Assembly: GCF_963921235.1 (NCBI RefSeq)
Contig: NC_086097.1
Location: 214,460,001-214,524,000 of the forward strand
Direction of reading: 5' to 3'
From: Mobula hypostoma
Lineage: Eukaryota
DNA length: 64,000 nt
The translations under genes and the position numbers were made by a program. The notes below the pieces were generated by a model. It had not been told where the DNA came from, ran no database searches, and saw nothing but the letters and a program-made list of their open reading frames with translations. The first letter of the stretch is position 1; every line of letters begins with the position of its first letter. This document shows, piece after piece, positions 39,731 through 50,851 of this stretch.

Positions 39731-40155
39731 GAATTTAAACTTCTCTAACTTCCGTTAATGCCCCACCTCCCCTTCATACCCCATCCGTTATTTATTTATT
39801 ATTATTATATATATTTTTTTTCTCTCTCTCTCTTTCTCCCTTTGTCCCTCTCACTATACTCCTTGCCCATCCTCTGGGCTTCACCCCTCCCCCTTTCTTT
39901 CTTCCTAGGCCTCCCATCCCATGATCCTCTCATATCCCTTTTGCCAATCAACTTTCCAACTCTTAGCTCCATCCCTCCCCCTCCTGTCTTCTCCCATCAT
40001 TTCGGATCTCCCTCTCCCCCTCCCACTTTCAAATCTCTTACTATCTCTTCTTTCAGTTAGTCCTGACGAAGGGTCTCGGCCTGAAACGTCGGCTGTACCT
40101 CTCCCTATAGATGCTGCCTGGCCTGCTGCATTCACCAGCATTTTATGTGTGTTGC
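39731..40155 (+). mobile_element. Penelope-like element 3' end/pLTR, 13-bp flanking duplication
   Basis: ORF end NFSNFR*, pyrimidine-rich UTR and hammerhead motif. TAGTCCTAGTAGT (39718-39730) vs TAGTTCTAGTAGT (40156-40168). Confidence 0.85.
40059..40094 (+). ncRNA. Minimal type I hammerhead ribozyme motif (Penelope-associated)
   Basis: Stem I AGUC/GGCU; CUGACGA core; extra A; stem II GGGU(CUCG)GCCU; GAAA; palindromic ACGU stem III; GUC cleavage triplet at 40088-40090. Confidence 0.8.
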
Positions 40156-40194
40156 TAGTTCTAGTAGTAGTGTGATCACTTGAGCCAGCGATTG

Positions 40195-40348
40195 TCTCTG
40201 GGAGGTTAGTGTGATTCCCCTAATGGAGAATGCCTGAATGTGACTTTGTTTAGTGTGGGGAAGTTGCCCATGTATCAGCCTCCCCACATTAAACAGAGTC
40301 ACGCACAGGATTTCACCATTAAGAGAATCCATCCTAACCTCCCAGAGA
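40195..40348. repeat. Imperfect ~154-bp hairpin
   Basis: TCTCTGGGAGGTTAG...GTGACTTTGTTTAGTGTGGGGAAGTTG pairs with CAGCCTCCCCACATTAAACAGAGTCAC...CTAACCTCCCAGAGA. Confidence 0.85.
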
Positions 40349-40349
40349 A

Positions 40350-40655
40350 CCACAACATGGTCCCTGACAGATCAGGTTCTGGGTCCAGGGGCAGGAATGC
40401 AAGGATACTGGGGTCCATTTACTACAGCCTTCCTCTGCCTTCACTGTTGTTCTGACGTGTCTTCATCTTGTGCCTGTTCCACCGTTGAGGTCTTGGTTGG
40501 ATTGCTCTTTGGAACCTCCCCCGTGACCTCACTACCATCGGTGACCCTAGCAGGAGCTAAGCACCAGATGACTCAATTCCAGACGGCATTGCGATCAGAA
40601 TCTCAGGAACTCAGAAGCCTCTCTACCACAATGAGGTGACGACCCTTGGAGAAGG
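40350..40655 (-). mobile_element. RTE-clade 5' UTR-like fragment
   Basis: Minus strand CGTCACCTCATTGTGGTAGAGAGGCTT...ATGCCGTCTGG...CTCCTGCTAGGGTCACC resembles RTE 5' ends (recalled). Confidence 0.55.
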
Positions 40656-42107
40656 CCAGTTAAATTACAATACACAAAATACTGCAGATGCTGGAAAGCC
40701 AAAGTGAAAGAATAAAAATATCCCAGAGTCGGCAGTTTGGGCAGAATGTGCAGAGATTGGAGGCTAGATTAAATTTTAAAACGTATATGCAGTCATCAGA
40801 CTAAAGCTGAGAGATGAATGGCTTCTTGACAGGAATAGATAGAGGGGAAAGTGAATGGGAATTTTCTAACCCAGTACCATTTTTCTGATGGAAATATGTC
40901 ATTCCTTACACTAATTATCAGTGTTCTTGGAAGTTATTTTCAACTTCACAAAACATAAATTATTACCATAAATGTCTGAACCACCAAGAGTTTCCTGTAC
41001 TTCTGATTCCAAATAGGGCATCCATATTGCTTTCCTCGCTGAGATAAGCTAATTCAGCTGTATGGAGATTGAACAGGGATCTTCTGATCTGTCTGATTTA
41101 TTACTTCCAAGACATTAATATATTATGTGGTCGAAATGACATTATATATCACTCAAGCATTGCTCTTTCTGCTCTTGCAGTGTATTACCTACACAGTAAC
41201 CCTTTCAGTGCCTTGCTCTTTTCATTGACTGCAGAATGTATATATAATCTGAGCTTTTTTTATATTAACGTGACGCATTGAAACAAGATAATTCAAAAAA
41301 ACCTGTCTGCTTGAGGAATTAATGATCACATTAGGGATTAAACTATTCCTTCTGTGTTTTGGAAAGATAGCCAAGTCATATCGATTGGTATTAGTGATAT
41401 AATTGATTCGGTGAGGAGGGAAGACATTATAATGAAGGATTCCCTTTTGCAGAATCCTAACACTGCTAGAATTTCTTGGTAGTACAGATTAGATTTGTAT
41501 TGAGTAATTTGATTGATCTTTCTAACAGCTCTGCGCAAAATGCAGATACTGTTTCAACAGTCAGTTTCCCTCAGTTAAATCTAAACACAAGCAGCTATTA
41601 GGGATTTGGAGATGGCAGCTAGTCAAGATTGATTTAGCAAAAAAAAAGCATTATTCATTATAAAGTCTTTAGAGAAAAGGGAAATGGTTGTGAGTTTGTG
41701 GTTTTAATTTCACCTTGATGGATGCTGAAGAACAAGTAAGCTGTTGCTTCCTTTCTTTATGTAGTTAGTCACAGATAAGTATGAAAAAGTGATGAGGCAG
41801 ATTTCCCGACCAGAATTTAGTAATAGTCCCTCTTTGAATCTTTTGTACTCTATTGTGGCTCAAGGATAGCTTCAACCCTGCAGTTATATAACTATTGAAT
41901 ACTTCCTTAGTCTGATCAAATGGATCCTTGACCTCACAGTCAACCTCATTATGATATTGCACCTTACTGTCTACATGCAGTACACTTTCATTTTACATGT
42001 TTCATCTTATTCCACATTCTACCATTGCTTTCTTTGGCAAGGTAGAGCAAGCTAATGTTTTTATCTTTGGAGTGAAGGAGGATAAGAGGAGACTTGATAA
42101 AAGTACA

Positions 42108-42190
42108 CTCACAACACACTGGAGGAACTCAGCAGGTCGGGCAGCATCCTTGGAAAAGATCGGTCGACGTTTCGGGCCGGAACCCTTAAG
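42108..42190 (-). mobile_element. Penelope-like terminal fragment with 3' half of hammerhead motif
   Basis: Minus strand AA-GGGT TCCG GCCC-GAAAC-GTC-GACC...GATGCTGCCCGACCTGCTGAGTTCCTCCAG. CUGANGA box missing. Confidence 0.8.
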
Positions 42191-42266
42191 AGGCATGGTT
42201 TGAGTTGCTCAAGTGCCAATGGTTAATATGAGAGGACATACATTTAAAGTGATTGAAGGTAAGTAT

Positions 42267-45200
42267 ACGACAATAAGACCATAAGGCATGGAAACAGAAT
42301 TTGGCCACTTGGCCATTGCATCTGCTCTGCCATTCCATCACAGCTGATTTACTAGCCCTCTCAACACCATTCTCCTGCCTTCTCCATGTAAACCTTTGAC
42401 ACCCTGAGTAACCAAGAAGCCATCAACCTGCGCTTTAAATATACCCAATGAGTTGGTCTCCACAATCATCTGTGGCAATGAATTCCACAGATTCAGCACC
42501 CTCTGCCTAAATAAATTCCTTCTTATCTCTGTTCAGATGGACGTCCCTCTATTCTGAGGCTGTGCCGTCTGGTCCTAGACACACATTATAGCAAACATAC
42601 TCTCCACATCTCCTCTATCTAGACATTTCAATATTCAATGGATCTCAAAGAGGTCCCCCCTCATTTTTCTAAACTCCAGCAGATCCAGAGCCATCAAACG
42701 CTACTTATGCATTAACTCTTTCATTCGTGGAATCATTCTCGTGAACCTCCTCTGGAGCCTCTCCAATGCCAGCACATCTTTTCTTAGATAAAAGATGTGC
42801 TCACAATACTCGGTGCAGTCTGACCAATGCTTTATAGAGCCTCAGCATCACATTCTTGCTCTTGTATTCTAGTCATCTTGAAATGAATGCTAACATTGCA
42901 TACGACTCATCCTGCAAATTAATCAGGGAATCCTGTAAAAAGACTCCCAAGTCCTCTTGCACCTCTGGTTTTTGAATTTTCTCCCCACTTAGGAATTAAT
43001 TTACATCTTTTTTCATTCTTCCAACGTGCACGATAATACACTTCCCTGCACTATATTCCATCTGCCACTTCTTTGCCCATTATCCCAGACTGTCCATGTC
43101 CTAATGCAAACTCCCTGCTTCCTCAACATATCTGCCCCTGCCGCTATCTTTGTATCTTCAGTGAACTAGATCACCATGCCATCAATACTGCCATCCAAAT
43201 CATTGACATATACTGTGAAAAGAAGCGGTCCCAATACTAACCACTGTGGAACACCACTATTCACTGGTAGCCAAACAAAAGAGGCCCCCTTTATTGAACT
43301 ATTTTCCTCCTGCCAGTCAGCCAAATGTCTATCCATGCCAGTACCTTCCCTGTAATAGCATGGGCTCATATCTTGTTAAGCAGTCTCACGTGTAGTACCT
43401 TGTCAAAGGCCTACTGAAAATCCAAGTATGCAACATCCACTGACTCTTCTTTGCTTATCCTGCCTGTTATTTCTTCAGATAATTACAACACATTTTTCAG
43501 GCATGATTTCCCCTTAAGGAAACCACGCTGACTTTGGCCGACTTTACCATATGCTTCCAAGAAGCCCGAAACCTCTTAAACAGTGGAGTGACATTTGCAA
43601 TTTTGCAGTCCTACAGAACCATTCCAGAAACTAGTTACTCTTGAAAGAACATTACTAATTCCTCCACAAACTCTTCAGCTACCTCCTTCAGAACCCTGGG
43701 GTGTAACCCATCTCATTCAGGTGACTTATCTACCTTCAAACTTTCAGCTTGCTGATCACCTTCTCCTTAGTAAGAGCAACAACGCTCACATCGGCTCCCT
43801 GACATTCTCAAATGTCTGGCATACTGATTGTGTTTTCCACAATGAAGAATGACACTAAATAGTTCGTCTGCCATTTCTTTGTCCCATTACTACATCTCCA
43901 GTGTCATTTTCAAGTGGTTCAATATTCACTCTTGCTTTGTTTTATGCTTAATAGTGTATATCTGAGAAAACTTTTGATATCCTCTTTTATATTATTGGCT
44001 AGCTTACCTTCATATTTCATTTTTTTCTTTCCTTATGGTTTTTTTAGTTGCCATCTGTTACTTTTTAAAAGCTTCTCAATACTCTAATTTCCCACTAATT
44101 TTTGCTCTATTATGTGCCCTCTCTTTTGCTTTTATTTTCTTTTATTTCCCTTGTCAGCCACAGTTGCCTCATTTTTCCTTTAGAGTACTTCAGTATCTTT
44201 GAGATTTATCTATCCTGCACCTTCCGATTTGCCCCCCATAAATCCAGCCATTGCTGTTCTGTCATTATCCCAGCTTTGGCCAGCTGCTCTCTCATGCCTC
44301 TGTAATTTCCTTTACTTCTCACTAATACTAATACATTCAACTTTATCTTCTCCCTCTCAAACCGCGGCGTGAATTCTATGGTGTTATGCTTATGGACTCC
44401 TCAGGGTTCCTTCACCTTAAGCTCCCGAATCAACCATAAGCTGTTCTAAAAAGCCATCTCGTTATCATTTTAAAAATTCCTTCTTGGGATCCAGCAACAA
44501 CCTAATTTTCGCAATCCACCTGCATTTTGAAATCCACCATGGCTATCGTAACATTGACCTTATTACAAGCCTTCTCTATTTCCCATTGAAATTTTATATC
44601 CCACATGCTGGTTATTGTTTGGGTGCCTGTAAGTTTTTTTACCCTTGTAGTTTCTTAACTCTACCAGCAAGGATTCTATATTTTCTGATCCTCTGTCATC
44701 TCTTACTAAGGATTTGATGTCATCTTTCACCAACAGAGCCACTAGGCTCTCTCTGCCTACCTGCCTACCTGGGCACCTCATCTCACTGACAGCAAGTTTG
44801 CCCAATCATCTGCCTATCCTTCCTCAACGTCATACCTGCCAATCTCTAATTGTGCTACAAGTTCATCTACCTTATTCCATATTATGCATGCATTCAAATA
44901 TAACATCATTAGTCATATATTCATCACACTTTTCTGTCTTACCCTCATGTTACAATGCCTGTCCTTCCTCACAGTCTCACTGCATCCTGCCTCAACTTGG
45001 ATGCCAACTGCCCCATCCTCTGCTCTATCATTCCCATTCCTGTTCCTCACCAAATTAGTTTGAACCCTCCCCAACAACTCTACCTATCTAGCCTACAAAG
45101 ATGTTTGTCTGCCTTAGGTTCAGGTGTAACTCATCCTTTTGTATAGGTCATGCCTTCTCCAGATGAGATCCCAATGATCCAGAAACCTGAAGTCCTGCCC

Positions 45201-45686
45201 CCTGCACCACATCTTCAGCCACTCTTTCATCTAAACGTTCATATTGTTCCTTCCCTGAGTAGCATATGTTACTGGGAGTAATCCAGAGATTACGACCTTG
45301 GAGGTCCTGCTTATGATCCTCTTCCCTAACTCCTTATACTCTCTGCACAGGAGCTTTTCCCCCCTTTCTACCTGTCATTGGTGCCAATGTGCACCATGAC
45401 CTCTGGCTTCTCACCATCCCACTCGAGAATCCTCTGCAGTCGCAGTGAGATATCCTGAAACTTCATACCTGGGAGGCAACACGCCATCCTGAAGTTTTTT
45501 TCAGGGCCACAGAATCTGCTGTCTATCCCCCTAACTATTGAGTCGCCATCACTATCACTCTACCTGACTACCCTTTCCTGTTGAGCCTCAGAGTCCACCA
45601 CAGTGCCACTGGCCTGGCTGATGCTGCTGTGCCCTGATAGATCATTCTCCTCTCCCCCCACCCCCACCCCAGCAGTATCCAAAAGG
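42267..45686 (-). mobile_element. CR1 LINE, degraded, from ORF1 region to 3' tail
   Basis: Collinear with the intact copy 21687-24729 (WLPVNSGVPQWLVLGPLLFTVYVNDLD). ORF1 esterase-like remnants ~45100-45600. GTAT at both junctions. Confidence 0.9.
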
Positions 45687-45764
45687 GTATGGGGGGAGGA
45701 TGTCAGAGGTATTTTTTTTTACACAGAGTGGTAAGTGCATGGGACCCACTGGTGGGGATAGTAG

Positions 45765-46315
45765 AGTAACGCCCTGGGAAAGGTTTCACCGCTAATGTAA
45801 TGGTTTCTCTGCAGCAGCAGTGTTTGGGTTATGACTGGCTATAATGGGGGCTTTGGAATGTGCAGCGCCCAATGGGGGAGGTTTTTCTTTCTTGTGTGAC
45901 CGAGAGCGAGGTATTTGCAGGCTTCTGTTTGGCGGAGGGTGGAGAGAGAAGATGCCAGAACGGAGATGTTGTGTACTGCAGGACTGCATGGACGTGGAAT
46001 GGGGTCGGGAGATGACGACGCCGGGGGAAGTCAATGGAGAATGAACAGACGGAAAACCATGAGCTCCAACGTGCACATTAGACTGTTTTATTAAAATGGG
46101 CCCTTTTTGTTTTCTTTACTAACCCTCTAGTGAAATTAAGAATTATAAAGCTAAATCATTTGATTGCATATAGTGTACTGTTTGTTATTTCATGGTACTG
46201 ACTTGTAACAGGGGAAAACATCTTGCAGCATCCACACAAATGAGATTTCACAAGTTTGGTGGGCCGGAGAGTGCCTTCCCCTAGACTAACACTGCCAACC
46301 GAACCTAGGGTTACA
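45765..46315. mobile_element. Solo LTR (Gypsy/ERV-type), 4-bp TSD GTAG
   Basis: Termini AGTAACGCCCTGGG (TG>AG) ... CCTAGGGTTACA form a terminal inverted repeat. GTAG at 45761-45764 and 46316-46319. CpG-rich interior. Confidence 0.85.
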
Positions 46316-47069
46316 GTAGCAAAGGCAGATTTATAAAAGACATTTAAGAGGCTCTTAAATGATTGAAAGAAAAATGGAGAATGGTATGGGAGGGAGGGTT
46401 AGGTTGACCTTGAAGTAGGTTAAAAGTTTAGCAAACGTTGTAGAGCAAAGGGCCTATTCTGTTCTATGTACTATCTTCTATGATTTACCTTGTACTACCT
46501 CAGTGTATTGTGTATTGATTTGATCTGTGTGAGCACTAGGCAAGACCAAACTTTTCAGCATACCTTGGTACATGTGACAATAATAAACCAATTCCAGTTC
46601 TCTATAACACACTAGTTACAGGACACGCCAGTAAACTGGCACAGATGGTGAAATTTTTATTAAAACGAATGATTATTGAATCACACTACTTGCCCTATTG
46701 CTGCATTGTTCTTTAACTGGCATGCTCCTGTTTTCACCTGGGTTGTTTTGAAGATATTCTGGACTCAGGCTCAAGGAAAGCAAATTCATACTGCAAGGAA
46801 GGAAAACTGAGGGCCTGCTTAGATAGAGTAGCCATGCAAACCACAAAAATCTTGAGTTAGATGGTTGGAGGTGGCTGCGATGGGTGTGGAAAGGTCAAAC
46901 CAACAGATTGTAGGAGGCAGAAAGCTTATGGACAGCATGCTGTGGAGAATGCTTGAGCTGTGAATGACTGTCTTGAGTTGAAAGCAGTGTCATAAGTGCG
47001 CTTACCTCACGTAATCAGCCCTTCTTTCAAACTTCCAAATGCCAGGTTTCCCGGAGATTGGAAACCTCG

Positions 47070-47430
47070 AGACCATAAGACAAACAGTAGGAGCAGAATT
47101 AGGCCATTCAGCCCATCGAGTCTACTTCACCATTCATTCGTGGCTGATTTATTATCCCTCCTCTCAACTCCATTATCCTTCACCTTTGACACCCTCACTA
47201 ATCAAGAACCTATCAACCTCTGCTTTAAATGTATCCAATGACTTGGCCTCCACAGCTGTCTGTTGAAATATATTCCACAGATTCAACACCCTTTAAAGAA
47301 ATTCTTCCTTTTCTGTGTTCTAAAGTGATGTCTTTGTATTCTGAGGCTGTGTCGTCTGGTCCTAGGCTTCCTCACTATAGGAAACGTTCTCTCCACATCC
47401 ACTCTCAATACCTCTCAATATTCTGTAGGT
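47070..47430 (-). mobile_element. CR1 3' fragment
   Basis: GACCATAAGAC...GGAGCAGAATTAGGCCATTCAGCCCATCGAG, as at 42270-42650. Confidence 0.85.
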
Positions 47431-48939
47431 TTCTTTTAACCTCAGCTTAGTTTAAAAATAATAAACTTGAAATGAAAGAAAATAACCTGACAAAAATTTT
47501 TAAATGGCCATTTAAATGATTCTATCTCTGTGCTGCAGTGGTCTATGACTCTATCAGGTGCAGGTTGACTGGATGAGACAGAATAACAGTTTGGCATGGA
47601 CTAGATGGGCCAAGGATCTTGTTTCTATGCTGTAATGCTCTATAACTATGATCCTATGCTTTTGTGACCAACCCATATCCTAACCTTCACTGTCTCTGTT
47701 AAAGTGGGAAGGGGGTAGGTTTGAGACTAGCTGAGGTTTTTGTTTCAGATTTTTTCCAACTTCACCCTTGAAGGAACCCACTACTCACCAGTTTCAGGAG
47801 TGAGGACTTAAACCATTGAATAATCATTACCACAATCTTGATTACAGGGTTTTGCTTTTTTAAAAAAATTACTGTTGCGTTTCTTAGAATAAAAAGATAT
47901 CAATAGGAACAGAAAGTATCAAAAGAAAGAGAAGTGATTAGAGAAAAGATTACCTTTGAAACTGGCTTCTTAAAAAGGAGGTATAATCAGAATCTTGGAG
48001 CATTTTTCAGGCCAAGGCAGACAGACTCTTGGTAAGCAAAAGGGTGAATATGACTGAGGATGGGAGGAATGTGTAGCTGAGCTATGGTGGTGTTATGTAG
48101 CAGCACAGGTTTAGGGGCTGAATGGCCTATTTCTGCCCTTGGCTGATATCTTTGATGATCTGGCCCTCCTATTGTTACAAAATGGTAACCTATCTCAAAA
48201 AGTTCCTTTGTCAAATTAAAATTTTAATAACATTAAAAAAAATTTCAAATCTATAAACAGTAAATCAGAATCCACAACTCATGTTTAAGCCTCACTTTCT
48301 CAAGTTTGTGCATGATCAGCAGTGGGGAAATTGACTGGCCCTGGTGGTTTGTGATCCCATCCTGCATCCAATCATGTTACCTCTTCAAATTCGGCCAACT
48401 GTTTGGTGCAGTTAAAATCTAATATATTGATTCTGATTTCCGGCAAGCAGGTTAATTGGTGGTGGAATGTCTTATAATAGAAGTGCATTTGCTGCTGAGT
48501 TGGTTGGTTGATAAGAATGATGCATAATCCCAGTGTAAAATGTTAGGTTTTCTTTTAGGGTTGCTACAATGTTGCATTTCAATCCACATGGCCACTCTCA
48601 GCTTAAAATTTCACATTGCTGTGCCAAGTATGGAATGAGGTTAAAAAATGGCAGACAGTACTAAGCGTTCTCATGACGAGCGGGATGCCAGTAGTATAAA
48701 TTTCATTGTGATTTCACTATATGGATGCATCCTGACAGAGACTGGAAGAATTTGTTGTTTCAAACAGTACAACAGGAATGCAGCATAACAATGTGCCGGT
48801 ACGTGAATACTTCATGCCCTCCAAAGTGAAGTTATTGCATTCCTCTGTGGACCCACCAAAAGCAAACCAGTTGATAGACGTTGATACCTCTCCCGATGAA
48901 GAAATATCAACAAAATCACAACAAGTGCCATTGCTATCA

Positions 48940-49240
48940 TTGACCTGTGGTGTTGTTGCAATGAAACAAGCCCTTCAGCCCAACTCGTCCATGCTGACTT
49001 TGTTACCTAGTGAGCTAGATGCACCTGCCTGTGTCTGGCCCACAGCCCTCAAACCTCTCCTATCCATGTACATATCTAGAGGGCTTTCAAATATTGCTAA
49101 CATGTCTGATTCAACCACCATTTCTGGCAGCTCATCCCAAACATGCACCACCTTTTGTGTGATAAAGCTGCCCCTGATGTCCCTTTTAAGTCTCTCACCT
49201 CTGATCTTAAATCTAAGTTCTTGTTTTTAGCACCTCCATC
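48940..49240 (-). mobile_element. CR1 3' fragment
   Basis: GCCCTTCAGCCCAACTCGTCCATGC...TCTGGCAGCTCATCCCA...CACCACCTTTTGTGTGA. Confidence 0.75.
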
Positions 49241-50851
49241 CTGAACCATCAACCACTCCTTTACCTCCACAGATGCTGCTAGACTCACTTAAATCTTCTA
49301 AGAGTTGTTTTCTTGCGTATCATGGTTGTTAAACTGATTGATAAAATGAAGTTGCACAGCAGAAGGGCCGATAGGCCTGTTTCTGTGCAGTACATGAACA
49401 CAGTCTATGAACTGAATCATAGCAGAATACCTCGAACCAAAATCAGACTTTTTAGTGAATTTGTAAATGCTCAAAGAGCAGTACAGGTCTGACACGAAAC
49501 TGATAAACAAAAAACTTGTACTCTGAGAATTGCTCTGAGATATCGGCTTGCATCCTGTAAAAGGAGTAACAGCATGAGTGAGTATGTCTTATCAATATCA
49601 AAACAAATCATCACAGCAAATATCACGATTAGTGGAGTCTGGATATCGATGGCTTTGATATTATAGTTAGCAATATAAATAGTTTCCTGCCCCAAGGCAC
49701 AGCCTAAAGAATTAGAACAGGAGATGACTAGTTCGACCTATATAGACTAGATTTCGCTTCCATTTCTTAGTATAGAACTAAAATTTTGTTCCTGCGTTTT
49801 TATAAACAGACTAAAGGATCATAGCATCTATTGCAGTGCTTGTCTGGAACACAGATTCTGAGTGACACTAGCCCAGTATGCACTTACATCAGATAGTTTA
49901 TTGCCAAAGGATGTGGGGCACAAGCTTTTCACATAGATTAAATGAGGCTTTTTATAAATACACTGTAAAAATATTAAAAGATAATATGTAAGTATAATAA
50001 ATAAAACAGTAAAAGCTTACATTAATTTAAGGACTTTTATATAATTACAATCCAAAGACAGTTCACAGGTGAATGTAAGGACCCAGAATGAAAAAATATA
50101 TAGGATGGCTTGACTGAATGCCTTTAAATGGATGAGAGACATAAAAAAGGCAGACAACTGGGACGCCTTCCAAGGGAGTTCCGAAGTCAGGTCAGCCAGC
50201 TTAAAATCTTTGGTGTTAGTGATGGAGTAAGTTGGCAGCATAAATCACAAGAGAGCCTAGATGGAAGAATGGATTTAGTGTCTGGTTGGGATGGGTGGGG
50301 ATATTTGGAGAATATAGCACTTGAAGATTTTTTCAAAGAAATTGTGAAGTGTTTTTCATCAAATTGCCCACAATTACTGGGTGGTACGTAGGTCAGGTAT
50401 TCCACCAACCACAAAATATCAGGAGCTCATGGAATGAATCATTTTCAAATTTGCATCTCATTTTGAATTGGGTCAGTGAGATGCCAAGCACTTAATAAGT
50501 ACTGGCTGCTAAACTGGAAGAAATCTATGGAAGGATAATTAGCAAAGACTGTAATATGTCCTACATTAAAATATGAAACTATGGCATTTGCAATTATTGA
50601 AAGTTATCGTGGTTTTATTTCTCTAGTTCAGTAGCATTCATGTTATAGAAACATCAACTCTCTGATATCTCACTAGCAAACTTAGAAGACCACATTTTTT
50701 TCCAGTCCTTCCTATAAAGTCTTTCCAGACTTCAAAGAACAAGAATCAACTTTATGACTCTTAGTATCTTTGGATATAATACTTTGTTTGCTTTCAGAAC
50801 TTTAATGTGTCCCTTGTTGACAAGGATTGGATACATTCACAGAAGGTAAAG

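Larger units (their letters stand above)
42195..46485 (+). mobile_element. CR1 3' fragment in three pieces (42195-42266, 45687-45764, 46316-46485)
   Basis: GAGGACATACATTTAAAGTGATTGAAGGTAAGTAT | GGGGGGAGGATGTCAGAGG...ACACAGAGTGGT | GCAGAT..ACATTTAAGAGGCTCTT... is collinear with CR1 3' ends in this window. Confidence 0.8.
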
